Positions 30,745-43,742 of a stretch of DNA of 64,000 nucleotides are shown one piece after another. Every line of letters begins with the position of its first letter. Within the stretch, counting starts at the first letter, position 1. Location of the stretch: positions 1-64,000 of the forward strand of contig NIVC01002521.1 in NCBI GenBank assembly GCA_002269645.1, written 5' to 3'. The stretch is from Macrostomum lignano (taxonomy: Eukaryota). The notes under the pieces are model-generated. The model made no database searches, was not told where the DNA came from, and saw only the letters and a program-made list of their open reading frames with translations. The position numbers and the translations under genes are program-made.

Positions 30745-33635
30745 TCTAGTGAGCATCTATTGGATATCTACTGAGCATCTATTGGATATCTACTGAGCAT
30801 CTATTGGATATCTACTGAGCATCTATTGCATATCTACTGAGCATCTATTGTATATCTACTGAGCATCTATTGTATATCTACTGAGCATCTATTGTATATC
30901 TACTGAGCATCTATTGGATATCTACTGAGCATCTATTGGATATCTACTGAGCATCTATTGGATATCTACTGAGCATCTACTGTAAATCTACTGAGCATCT
31001 ATTGCATATCTACTGAGCATCTATTGGATATCTACTGAGCATCTATTGGATATCTACTGAGCATCTATTGGATATCTACTGAGCATCTATTGGATATCTA
31101 CTAAGCATCTACTGTAAATCTACTGAGCATCTATTGGATATCTACTGAGCATCTATTGGATATCTACTAAGCATCTATTGGATATCTACTGAGCATCTAT
31201 TGGATATCTACTGAGCATCTATTGGATATCTACTGAGCATCTATTGTATATCTACTGAGCATCTATTGGATATATACTGAGCATCTATTGTATATCTACT
31301 GAGCATCTATTGGATATCTACTGAGCATCTATTGGATATCTACTGAGCATCTATTGGATATCTACTGAGCATCTATTGGATATCTACTAAGCATCTATTG
31401 GATATCTACTGAGCATCCATTGGATATCTACTAAGCATCTATTGGATATCTACTGAGCATCTATTGGATATCTACTGAGCATCTATTGGATATCTACTGA
31501 GCATCTATTGGATATCTACTGAGCATCTATTGGGTATCTACTGAGCATCTATTGGATATCTACTGAGCATCTATTGGATATCTACTGAGCATCTATTGGG
31601 TATCTACTGAGCATCTATTGGATATCTACTGAGCATCTATTGGATATCTACTGAGCATCTATTATATATCTATTGAGCATCTATTGGATATCTACTGAGC
31701 ATCTATTGGATATCTACTGAGCATCTATTGGATATCTACTGAGCATCCATTGGATATCTACTAAGCATCTATTGGATATCTACTGAGCATCCATTGGATA
31801 TCTACTAAGCATCTATTGGATATCTACTGAGCATCTATTGGATATCTACTGAGCATCTATTGGATATCTACTGAGCATCTATTGGATATCTACTGAGCAT
31901 CTATTGGGTATCTACTGAGCATCTATTGGATATCTACTGAGCATCTATTGGATATCTACTGAGCATCTATTGGATATCTACTGAGCATCTATTGGATATC
32001 TACTGAGCATCTATTGGATATCTACTGAGCATCTATTGGATATCTACTGAGCATCTATTGGATATCTACTGAGCCTCTATTGGATATCTACTGAGCATCT
32101 ATTGGATATCTACTGAGCATCTATTGGATATCTACTGAGAATCTATTGGATATCTACTGAGCATCTATTGTATATATATTGAGCATCTTTTGTATATCTA
32201 CTGAGCATCTATTGTATATCTACTGAGCATCTATTGGATATCTACTGAGCATCTATTGGATATCTACTGAGCATCTATTGGATATCTACTGAGCATCTAT
32301 TGGATATCTACTGAGCATCTATTGGATATCTACTGAGCATCTATTGGATATCTACTGAGCATCTATTGTATATCTACTGAGCATCTATTGGATATCTACT
32401 GAGCATCTATTGTATATCTACTGAGCATCTATTGGATATCTACTGAGCATCTATTGGGTATCTATTGAGCATCTATTGTATATCTACTGAGAATCTAGTT
32501 GGTATCTACTGAGAATCTAGTTGGTATCTACTGAGCATCTATTGTATATCTACTGAGCATCTATTGTATATCTACTGAGCATCTATTGGATATCTACTGA
32601 GCATCTATTGGATATCTACTGAGCATCTATTGGATATCTACTGAGCATCTATTGTATATCTACTGAGCATCTATTGTATATCTACTGAGTATCTATTGTA
32701 TATCTACTGAGCATCTATTGGATATCTACTGAGCATCTATTGTATATCTACGGAGCATCTATTGGATATCTACTGAGCATTTATTGGATATCTACTGAGC
32801 ATCTATTGGATATCTACTGAGCATCTATTGGATATCTACTGAGCATCTATTGTATATCTACTGAGCATCTATTGTATATCTACTGAGCATCTATTGGATA
32901 TCTACTGAGCATCTATTGGACATCTAATGAGCATCTATTGGACATCTAATGAGCATCTATTGGGTATCTATTGAGCATCTATTGTATATCTACTGAGCAT
33001 CTATTGTATATCTACTGAGCATCTATTGTATATCTACTGAGCATCTATTGGATATCTACTGAGCATCTATTGGATATCTACTGAGCATCTATTGGATATC
33101 TACTGAGCATCTATTGTATATCTACTGAGCATCTATTGGATATCTACTGAGCATCTATTGTATATCTACTGAGCATCTATTGGATATCTACTGAGCATCT
33201 ATTGTATATCTACTGAGCATCTATTGGATATCTACTGAGCATCTATTTTATATCTACTGAGCATCTATTGTATATCTACTGAGCATCTATTGTATATCTA
33301 CTGAGCATCTATTGGATATCTACTGAGCATCTATTGGATATCTACTGAGCATCTATTGGATATCTACTGAGCATCTATTGTATATCTACTGAGCATCTAT
33401 TGGATATCTACTGAGCATCTATTGGATATCTACTGAGAATCTATTGTGTATCTACTGAGCATCTATTGGATATCTACTGAGCATCTATTGGATATCTACT
33501 GAGTATCTATTGGATATCTACTAAGCATCTACTGTAAATCTACTGAGCATCTACTGTACATCTACTGAGCATGTATTTTATATCTACTGAGCATCCATTG
33601 GGTATCTACTGAGAATCTCTTGAGCATCTATTAAG
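30745..33635 (+). repeat. 22-nt satellite TACTGAGCATCTATTGGATATC, forward orientation, ~2.9 kb
   Basis: Roughly 130 tandem copies (span divided by unit length). Confidence 0.97.
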
Positions 33636-34184
33636 CTGAAAACGAATGTTCAACTAAAGCGAAGTTATGATAACTTTAGTAAAATATAAATCAGAAACTC
33701 TTGGTTCTGTAACTCTGAAGGCAGTCAGCGCTTTGACTCCTGAGCTGCATTTGAGATTCCTTGCCTGAACCAAGCAATCCGCCCTTCTCAACTTGCCTTT
33801 GTCGGTCGCCAGTTAGTAGCTGGGAAGAATGTGATTGAGAACCCGCTCTGTGATGGAGCAGAGGCTGGGCCAGGTTAACTCCGACATCGCATTGTCAGTG
33901 AATCATTTTTTATAGACAGCAGAACCTGGGGGGAGGCTGAACATGATTTGCCTGTTTTTTTCTTTCTTCAGTTTAATTTATTGTTGAATAAATCGTCTAA
34001 ACCTCATAAAAAGTTTATGATTTCATTCAAGATTCTGTTTTGTTACAGTCAGCTGCGGCCTTCGGATGGGATTTCTGGGGATAATGCTTATTGGGGGCGC
34101 CACACTGGGGGCGCCAGCCTCAATTCTTGCGAAGATGCTCGTATTTTATATGTGAGCATAATAGTATTTTTAGTACCACAAGAC

Positions 34185-34832
34185 TAATAGATGCTCAGTA
34201 GATGCCAATAGATGCTCATTTAGATAACCACCCAATAGATGCTCAGTAGATGTCTAATAGATGCCCAATAGATGCTTGCAGTAGATGATCAATAGATGCT
34301 CATTAGATACCCACCCATTAGATTTTCATTAGATACCCAATACATACCGAGTAGATGCTCAGTAGATGCCCATTAGATGTTCATTAGATACCCAATAGAT
34401 GCTCAGTAGATGCCCATTAGAGGTTCATTAGATACCCAATAGATGCTCAGTAGATGCCAATTAGATGTTCATTAGATACCCAATAGATGTTCATTAGATA
34501 CCCAATAGATGCTCAGTAGATACCCAATAGATGCTCAGTAGATGCCCAATAGATGCTCAGTAGATACCCAATAGATGCTCAGTAGATGCCCAATAGATGC
34601 TCAGTAGATACCCAATAGATGCTCAGTAGATGCCAATTAGATGTTCATTAGATACCCAATAGATGCTCAGTAGATACCCAATAGATGCTCCGTAGATGCC
34701 AATTAGATGTTAATTAGATACCCAATAGATGCTCAGTAGATGCCCAATAGATGCTCAGTAGATACCCAATATTTGCTCAGTAGATACCCAATAGATGCTC
34801 AGTAGATACCCAATAGATGCTCCGTAGATTCT
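34185..34832 (-). repeat. Same 22-nt satellite family in inverted orientation (CCCAATAGATGCTCAGTAGATA)
   Basis: Unit is the reverse complement of the 30745-33635 unit. Confidence 0.93.
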
Positions 34833-35289
34833 CAAAACATGCTCAGGCTCTCCTGTGTGAAATCTGCACCTTCCACAGATGACAAAGCTTTAGCAATCTG
34901 TGCAATGTGCAAGTTTATTTATCCATATACACTCAAGTCATCATGTAGACTGCAGTTTTCTGACTAAATAATAAACATTAATAATTAATTAGGGCAGAGC
35001 TGACTGAGAGTTGCGACAGGCCATTGATTGAATCCGCTCAATGCGGTCAGTCCTCACCAGCAGAGGGTGAAATGTTACATGGGGTAATAAAACTGTTTTA
35101 TTGTTAGGCTTTTTACCTGCCTGTGAGATTGCGGTGGCCAATGAAATTTCAACTGGCGATGGGTTAAACACAGCTTGGGGTGCAAAACTGCTTGACTAGG
35201 CTAGATAAAAACTGACAAATTTTTAATGTTGCTTATACACTGCAATAGATATCTGACCCATTTATATTGATAAATCAAAAGTGATCTAA

Positions 35290-35575
35290 CGGTAGATAGA
35301 GGTGATAAAACGATAGGTAGGGGTGATATAACGGTAGACAGAGGTGATATACCGGTAGACAGTGGTGATATAAAGGTAGACAGAGGTGATATACCGGTAG
35401 ACAGAGGTGATATACCGGTAGACAGTGATGATATACCGGTAGATAGCGGTGATATATCGGTAGATAGAGGTGATACGACAGTAGAAAGCGGAGATATGAT
35501 GGTAGACAGGGGTGATATAACGGTAGACAAGAATATATATGGGTAGACATGGGTGATGTACCGGTAGACAGAGAC
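35290..35575. repeat. 21-nt minisatellite CGGTAGACAGAGGTGATATAC
   Basis: Degenerate tandem copies. Confidence 0.85.
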
Positions 35576-36224
35576 TCAAACTGAAGTACATTAGCAGATC
35601 ATGAGATGCATAATGAGTTAATCAATTAATTCACACAGTGCTCTCGTAGAATCGAACCATAAACCTCAAAATTGAGCAGAATATATAGAAAAAAACATTG
35701 ATTTTCAGTGCAGTATAGAACAGAACTCTTCAGAAGTACTAGAAGCACGACTGAGTCATCTAAAAAATGATTCAAAACCATTTCTCACAAGATTTATGCA
35801 TTTTACTCGTCAAGAGCTTGGTCTGCCTGAAATAATCAAATTAAAAAAATATGATATATAGTACCCGCACAGACTATGCTACTAAGTCAGTACCATGGTG
35901 ATATGCTTTGCGCATTACGCTTTCTGCTGAATAACATTAACGCCAGAGAATCGTAAAAAAACTTACCTGTTGATAGTAATCACAGTAGGTTAAATTATTT
36001 GAAGGCTCATTAGAACGATGAACGATAAAAACAAGTTTTTTTCATCTTTTTATTTCGGAAAAATATGAACTGCCGCGAAAAAATAATGATGAGAAAAAAG
36101 TCAAGTTTTTTGTCTTTCTATTCTGGCTTGTATTTTTCACTCTGGTTTTTCAAATAATTTCTGAAGTGTCAAACTGTATCGTCTTGTTTATGCAGCGGTA
36201 CTTTTTAGTTGAATATTCAGCTAA

Positions 36225-37572
36225 TAGATAATAAGATGCCCAATAGATGCTCAGTAGACGATCAATAGATGCTCATTACATGCCCAATAGATGCTCATTA
36301 GATTCCCAATAGATGCATTAGAAACCCACCCAATAGATACTCATTAGATACCCTTTAGATGTTCATTAGATACCCAATAGATGCTCATTAGATACCCAAC
36401 CAATAGATGCTCAGTAGACGATCAATAGATGCTCACTAGATGCCCAATAGATGCTCATTAGATGCCCAATAGATGCTCATTAGATGCCCAATAGATGCTC
36501 ATTAGATGCCCAATAGATGCTCTTTAGATGCCTAATAGATGCCCAATAGATGCACAGTAGATGTCTAACAGATAGAAGCTCAGTAGATATTCAATAGATG
36601 CTCATTAGATGCCCAATAGATGCTCATTAGATGACCAATAGATGCTCATTAGATGCTCAGTAGACGATCAATAGATGCTCACTAGATACCCAATAGATGC
36701 TCATTAGATGCCCAATAGATGCTCATTAGATGCTCAGTAGACGATCAATAGATGCTCACTAGATACCCAATAGATGCTCATTAGATGCCCAATAGATGCT
36801 CATTAGATGCTCAGTAGACGATCAATAGATGCTCACTAGATGCCTAATAGATGCTCATTAGATGCCCAATAGATGCTCATTAGATGCCCAATAGATGCTC
36901 ATTAGATGCCCAATAGATGCTCTTTAGATGCCTAATAGATGCCCAATAGATGCACAGTAGATGTCTATCAGATAGAAGCTCAGTAGATATTCAATAGATG
37001 CTCATTAGATGCCCAATAGATGCTCATTAGATGACCAATAGATGCTCATTAGATGCTCAGTAGACGATCAATAGATGCTCACTAGATACCCAATAGATGC
37101 TCATTAGATGCCCAATAGATGCTCATTAGATGCTCAGTAGACGATCAATAGATGCTCACTAGATACCCAATAGATGCTCATTAGATGCCCAATAGATGCC
37201 CAATAGATGCACAGTAGATGTCTAACAGATAGAAGCTCAGTAGATATTCAATAGATGCTCATTAGATGCCCAATAGATGCTCATTAGATGACCAATAGAT
37301 GCTCATTAGATGCTCAGTAGACGATCAATAGATGCTCACTAGATACCCAATAGATGCTCATTAGATGCCCAATAGATGCTCATTAGATGCTCAGTAGACG
37401 ATCAATAGATGCTCACTAGATACCCAATAGATGCTCATTAGATGCCCAATCGATTTTCAGTAGATGCTCAGTAGATCTCCAATAGATGCTCAATATATGC
37501 CCAATAGATGCTCAATATATGCCCGATAGATGCTCAGTAGATTCCAAATAGATGCCCAATAGATTCTCAGCA
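36225..37572 (-). repeat. Third array of the 22-nt family, inverted, more diverged (GATGCCCAATAGATGCTCATTA)
   Basis: Tandem copies with recurring higher-order blocks (TAGACGATCAATAGATGCTCACTAG). Confidence 0.93.
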
Positions 37573-37601
37573 GATGTTGAGGTCGTTGGTTCGAATCTTT
37601 C

Positions 37602-38585
37602 TTACTCGCCACTCGTCATTGCCATTGAGCTGCAGCCCACTTCAACAGTCTCAGAGCCTGACTGGCTCTCCAAAACTGTCTTCTTTGTTTTCTTTTTCTC
37701 CACAGAAGAAGATGCCATCACCTGTTCTTCAAGATCCATGCCGCTAAGAAGTTCCTCTAAAAGCAGACAAGCAATCCAAGATGTTGCAGGATTGCTGGCC
37801 AGCAGCAGCACCACCTGAGCTCCGTCCCAGGTGAGCAGGCCAGCTACGCCGGCCGCCTGCGGCGACAGAAGACGACAGGAAAGCCGCAGTCGCTGCGCCG
37901 GAATCGCCAGGCTCACCGCCCTAACCAGCAGGTTAATTAGGCTGGCAACTGTAGCGAAGGCGGTTGCCATGGCAGCGAGCTGCGGCAGGCCGGCAGCCAG
38001 TCTGAGCCTCGGCCCGGCGCCGGTGCAATTGGCAATTCGGTAGCGCAGCTGAGCAGATGCGGATTCGAACTCGGACTTGCCGCCAGACAGCTGATTAGCC
38101 AGAGACAGGCTGAGGGCCAGGCAAATTGCTGCTCGAATCAGAGCGCCTAGCAACCACACAATCGAGTGGCTGGCACATTTCAGCCGCTTGCAGACATCCC
38201 AGCTGCCTGTCTGTTGCTTTCGTTGCTTCTTCATCCGTTTGAGCAGCTCTTTCTGGCGAAGATCTGCTTCCAGGGCCTCGCTCAGGCAGTGGAAGGCGCC
38301 GCTGTGTTGAACCTCGGACAGTCGAAGGCTTCCAGCCGCAATCAGCCAGTCAACCGGCCAGCCCCAAGGCCTGTACAGTTCTCCAATTAACCTGTCGCAG
38401 AGCCAGCAGATTAAGCTGGCAAATCCCAGCTGTGCCAACACCAGAGGCAGCTGATCAAGTAGATCCAGCTGTGCTCGAGTCAGACTGCAATAGTTCTCTT
38501 GCAGACCGGTGAGAGTCAGGCAGCTTAGCAAACTGATGAAGATTAGCAAAGCTGATAGATAGGGGAACAGATGGGATTGCTGCAT
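37602..38585 (-). CDS. Highly divergent innexin-like four-transmembrane protein (intronless, ~327 aa; alternative start at 38618)
   Basis: Uninterrupted ORF with four hydrophobic segments in innexin order and a C-terminal LLTWDGAQVVLLLASNPATSWIACLLLEELL resembling the innexin DGVFxLRLIxxNAG..LxxEL motif. The family call is from by-eye alignment. Confidence 0.6.
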   Translation of the reverse strand: MQQSHLFPYLSALLIFISLLSCLTLTGLQENYCSLTRAQLDLLDQLPLVLAQLGFASLICWLCDRLIGELYRPWGWPVDWLIAAGSLRLSEVQHSGAFHCLSEALEADLRQKELLKRMKKQRKQQTGSWDVCKRLKCASHSIVWLLGALIRAAICLALSLSLANQLSGGKSEFESASAQLRYRIANCTGAGPRLRLAAGLPQLAAMATAFATVASLINLLVRAVSLAIPAQRLRLSCRLLSPQAAGVAGLLTWDGAQVVLLLASNPATSWIACLLLEELLSGMDLEEQVMASSSVEKKKTKKTVLESQSGSETVEVGCSSMAMTSGE

Positions 38586-39004
38586 GATCAGTTCTGTGTG
38601 AGCTATACAGCAAAGCATTGGCAATGCTGATGCCAGCTTGCACTTCTTATTATATACACAGCAATAGTATAAAGGAATTATCGTGGGAAACAAGCAAAAG
38701 TGACTAAAGTAGACACACGCAGAAGTCATGTTGGTTGCAGAGTTGGGCCTATCTGAAAATGATGCCGCTCTAACTGTAAGTGGGAGGGGGCAGAGTTCAT
38801 GTAGCAACAATAAGCAAGTATCCTTTCGTTTCTGCGTAAACACGCCAAGCCAAAGTATTGAGTGCGCTGAGAAAAAAGAACTTGCGGCTGAAAGAAAAGA
38901 TAATTCTGGTTGATAATTTCATGTTTATTTTGCCGAGATAATAGATATGCCTTGTTAATAATATGCTGATAGATCTATCAAATTGATTCATTGTACTTCG
39001 TACA

Positions 39005-39335
39005 AGATGGAGAGGCTGAGAAAGAGAAGGAGACAGGGAGAGGTAGATGGAGACAGGGAGAGGTAGATGGAGACAGGGAGAGGTAGATGGAGACAGGGAG
39101 AGGTAGATGGAGACAGGGAGAGGTAGATGGAGACAGGGAGAGGTAGATGGAGACAGGGAGAGGCAGATGGAGACAGGGAGAGGTAGATGGAGACAGGGAG
39201 ACGTAGATGGAGACAGGGAGAGGTAGATGGAGACAGGGAGACGTAGATGGAGACAGGGAGAGGTAGATGGAGACAGGGAGAGGTAGATGGAGACAGGGAG
39301 AGGTAGATGGAGACAGGAGAGGGAGAAGGAGACAA
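39005..39335. repeat. 20-nt minisatellite ATGGAGACAGGGAGAGGTAG
   Basis: Tandem copies seen directly. Confidence 0.95.
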
Positions 39336-40135
39336 GAATATGTAGAAGGGACAGGGAGAGAGAGAAGTAGACAGGGCGATTGAAAGGGAGTGAAGTTGGG
39401 AGAAGAAATTGAGGGTTGTTAGCTACTAATAAGTAGTGAATTTAATTTACCCAGGAGTCAGTAACCTCGCTAAAAATCGCTAAAAATCGACCTTGTGAAC
39501 AAGCAAAACGAACATCTAATACTCTTGCTTGAAAAAAATGAATTCTACTCTCATTTTTCTAATTGTTCTACGACATCAAAGTTCACTGAGAGATGACATA
39601 CACATGACTTGTATTGATCAAGAAAAATCGATAAAATGCTAGCGAAATGATGCCTGAATAAACTGGATTGTATAGGAAGGAATTAAGTCGATTTGGCACA
39701 CACTATGCAACGCAATGATTGGCTGCAATTTTCAGCACACACTGCACTGATATAATTAAAGTTCTAGAAGTCATTGGATGGGGCAGAGGGTTCTAAGAGG
39801 GTATGAGTTGTATTGCAAGGGGTGTTGCGACGGGGGAATGTACATTGTGTCCTGGCTAGCCAATAAGCTTCAGCTCTACGGGGTAAGAGAGAAATTCTCT
39901 ACCCCCTAACCCTGCCATACCACAAAATCTCGTCCCTCAGGCCGATCAATAATAATAGGCACAAGGCGACGGAGCGCCAACCCCCAACCCCCCCCCCCCC
40001 TGACCCAACCCCCCGTGAACCCCCAGTTATCACTCTACCTGGTTTTTAACGCTTGCACTTTTTAACGCAATCGCAAGTTGACAATAAAAATAACAAGCTC
40101 AAATAAAATAAAATCGTGCATACTAGTAGAGGAAA

Positions 40136-40885
40136 ATGTCTCGCCTGCGCCTCTACACGTCGAACGGACAGCGACTGTCGCTGAACAATCGCCCTGCGGG
40201 AGGTGCCCTGCCACTCGGCCTGGAGATGCTGGGACACGATAACGGCTCGCTGCTTGGCTCCAGTGCATCATCGAGTTTAGCCATGGACTTGAACGGCTAC
40301 GACCAAGCTATCCAGGATCTGACTGAGTCGCTGAACGAAGTAAAGATCACGGCCGCTTTGGCTTTGCAAGAGTCGCAACTGGTTCGTGAGCAGATGCAGC
40401 AGGGCATCTTGTCTGTGCTGTCTGAGTTGACTACGATGTGGTGCCAGGACCTGTGTCCTCAGCAGCAGCAGCAGCAACCGCAGCAGCAGCAGCAGCAACA
40501 GCAACAGCAGCAGCAGTCTCAATCCGGCCCTCTAATGCAAGCTGCTCCGCCTTCGGAATTTGCCGACTCGCCAGCTGACGATTCGCTGACTGCCGGAATT
40601 CTGTCACCGACTGGCGGCAGCGGAAGCAGCGTCGAGGACCAGCGGACCAACTTCCGGTACAAGACGCAGCTGTGCAAGAATTTCATGGCTGGCGGCCTGG
40701 GCCGATGCGTGAAAGGCGACACCTGCCAGTACGCGCATGGCCACCGGGAGCTGCGAAGGATCTGCGAGCACCCGCGGTACAAGACCAAGATGTGCTCACT
40801 GCAGAGCAGCCTCGGCGTCTGCCCGCACGGCGCCAGCTGCTTCTTTGCCCATCATCCGAACGAGCTCAGGGCCAAGGAGTTCTAA
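40136..40885 (+). CDS. Tandem CCCH zinc-finger RNA-binding protein, TIS11/ZFP36 (tristetraprolin)-type, 249 aa
   Basis: RYKTQL-C-X10-C-X5-C-X3-H, an 18-residue linker, then RYKTKM-C-X8-C-X5-C-X3-H; poly-Q tract upstream; single exon. Confidence 0.9.
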   Translation: MSRLRLYTSNGQRLSLNNRPAGGALPLGLEMLGHDNGSLLGSSASSSLAMDLNGYDQAIQDLTESLNEVKITAALALQESQLVREQMQQGILSVLSELTTMWCQDLCPQQQQQQPQQQQQQQQQQQQSQSGPLMQAAPPSEFADSPADDSLTAGILSPTGGSGSSVEDQRTNFRYKTQLCKNFMAGGLGRCVKGDTCQYAHGHRELRRICEHPRYKTKMCSLQSSLGVCPHGASCFFAHHPNELRAKEF

Positions 40886-41414
40886 AAGAAAGCCGCAAGC
40901 AAAATATCGCCGCCTAATAGAAAATAGCAAGGAAAATGTTTAATACTCTACTTTAAGTAGCGAAAAATGCTACGATAAATTTATTGAGTTTAAATAACTT
41001 TTTAGGAATAATTCTGAATATTTAATCAATATCACAGACTTAGTCATAATCACCATTGCCAAAATAACCGAAATATGCTGTACTTTTATTTTTCAATATT
41101 CTACAATAGCAGCAGTTGTTAGCGAAGAATATTATTGTTAAAAAACTTTGAAGAATAATATTTTGTTGATTTGTGTTTTTCCTATTTTCTTACCTACTGA
41201 TTCTTTATACAATGAAACTAATAAGCAACACCTTTTTGATAATTTTGTGCACTGTTGAGCAATAATTGATTCATTGATTTGTTATAATACTTTGTAAGCG
41301 TCACAGGTAGTTGGAGATAATAAATATAAAAACACGGTGCAGAAATTATTTATCCTGGAAAGTTGCAAAAGCTTTAAGCAAGATTTAATTCTTATCTATG
41401 TGCTCACTGCACCT

Positions 41415-43742
41415 AGCTGACACAGTGTATGCATCATGAGCACACAGCTGACACAGTATATGCATCATGAGCACACAGCTGACACAGTGTATGCATCATG
41501 ATCACACAGTTCACTGCACTTAGCTGACACAGTGTATGCATCATGAGCACACAGCTGACACAGTATATGCATCATGAGCACACAGCTGACACAGTGTATG
41601 CATCATGATCACACAGTTCACTGCACTTAGCTGACACAGTATATGCATCATGATCACACAGTTCACTGCACTTAGCTGACACAGTATATGCATCATGATC
41701 ACACAGTTCACTGCACTTAGCTGACACAGTGCATGCATCATGAGCACACAGCTGACACAGTGTATGCATCATGAGCACACAGCTAACACAGTATATGCAT
41801 CAGGAGCACACAGCTGACACAGTGTATGCATCATGAGCACACAGCTGACACAGTGTATGCATCATGAGCACACAGCTGACACAGTATATGCATCATGAGC
41901 ACACAGCTGACACAGTGTATGCATCATGAGCACACAGCTGACACAGTGTATGCATCATGATCACACAGTTCACTGCACTTAGCTGGCACAGTATATGCAT
42001 CATGATCACACAGCTGACACAGTATATGCATCATGAGCACACAGCTGACACAGTGTATGCATCATGAGCACACAGCTGACACAGTATATGCATCATGAGC
42101 ACACAGCTGACACAGTGTATGCATCATGAGCACACAGCTGACACAGTATATGCATCATGAGCACACAGCTGACACAGTATATGCATCATGAGCACACAGC
42201 TGACACAGTACATGCATCATGATCACACAGCTGACACAGTATATGCATCATGAGCACACAGCTGACACAGTGTATGCATCATGAGCACACAGCTGACACA
42301 GTGTATGCATCATGAGCACACAGCTGACACAGTATATGCATCATGAGCACACAGCTGACACAGTACATGCATCATGATCACACAGCTGACACAGTATATG
42401 CATCATGAGCACACAGCTGACACAGTGTATGCATCATGATCACACAGTTCACTGCACTTAGCTGGCACAGTATATGCATCATGATCACACAGTTCACTGC
42501 ACTTAGCTGGCACAGTATATGCATCATGATCACACAGCTGACACAGTATATGCATCATGAGCACACAGCTGACACAGTATATGCATCAGGAGCACACAGC
42601 TGACACAGTGTATGCATCATGAGCACACAGCTGACACAGTATATGCATCATGAGCACACAGCTGACACAGTACATGCATCATGATCACACAGCTGACACA
42701 GTATATGCATCATGAGCACACAGCTGACACAGTGTATGCATCATGATCACACAGTTCACTGCACTTAGCTGGCACAGTATATGCATCATGATCACACAGT
42801 TCACTGCACTTAGCTGGCACAGTATATGCATCATGATCACACAGCTGACACATTATATGCATCATGATCACACAGTTCACTGCACTTAGCTGGCACAGTA
42901 TATGCATCATGATCACACAGCTGACACAGTATATGCATCATGAGCACACAGCTGACACAGTGTATGCATCATGATCACACAGTTCACTGCACTTAGCTGG
43001 CACAGTATATGCATCATGATCACACAGTTCACTGCACTTAGCTGGCACAGTATATGCATCATAATCACACAGCTGACACATTATATGCATCATGATCACA
43101 CAGTTCACTGCACTTAGCTGGCACAGTATATGCATCATGATCACACAGCTGACACAGTATATGCATCATGATCACACAGCTGACACAGTATATGCATCAT
43201 AATCACACAGCTGACACATTATATGCATCATGATCACACAGTTCACTGCACTTAGCTGGCACAGTATATGCATCATGATCACACAGCTGACACAGTATAT
43301 GCATCATGATCACACAGCTGACACAGTATATGCATCATGATCACACAGTTCACTGCACTTAGCTGATACAGTATATGCATCATGATCACACAGTTCACTG
43401 CACTTAGCTGACACAGTATATGCATCATGAGCACACAGCTGACACAGTGTATGCATCATGAGCACACAGCTGACACAGTATATGCATCATGAGCACACAG
43501 CTGACACAGTATATGCATCATGAGCACACAGCTGACACAGTGTATGCATCATGAGCATACAGCTGACACAGTATATGCATCATGAGCACACAGCTGACAC
43601 AGTGTATGCATCATGAGCACACAGCTGACACAGTGTATGCATCATGAGCACACAGCTGACACAGTGCATGCATCATGATCACACAGCTGACACAGTGTAT
43701 GCATCATGAGCACACAGCTGACACAGTATATGCATCATGAGC
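41415..43742. repeat. 31-nt minisatellite CACACAGCTGACACAGTRTATGCATCATGAK with a recurring longer variant (insert TTCACTGCACTTAG)
   Basis: Tandem copies; near-identical ORFs at 42710 and 42938 show a 228-nt block repeat. Confidence 0.97.
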
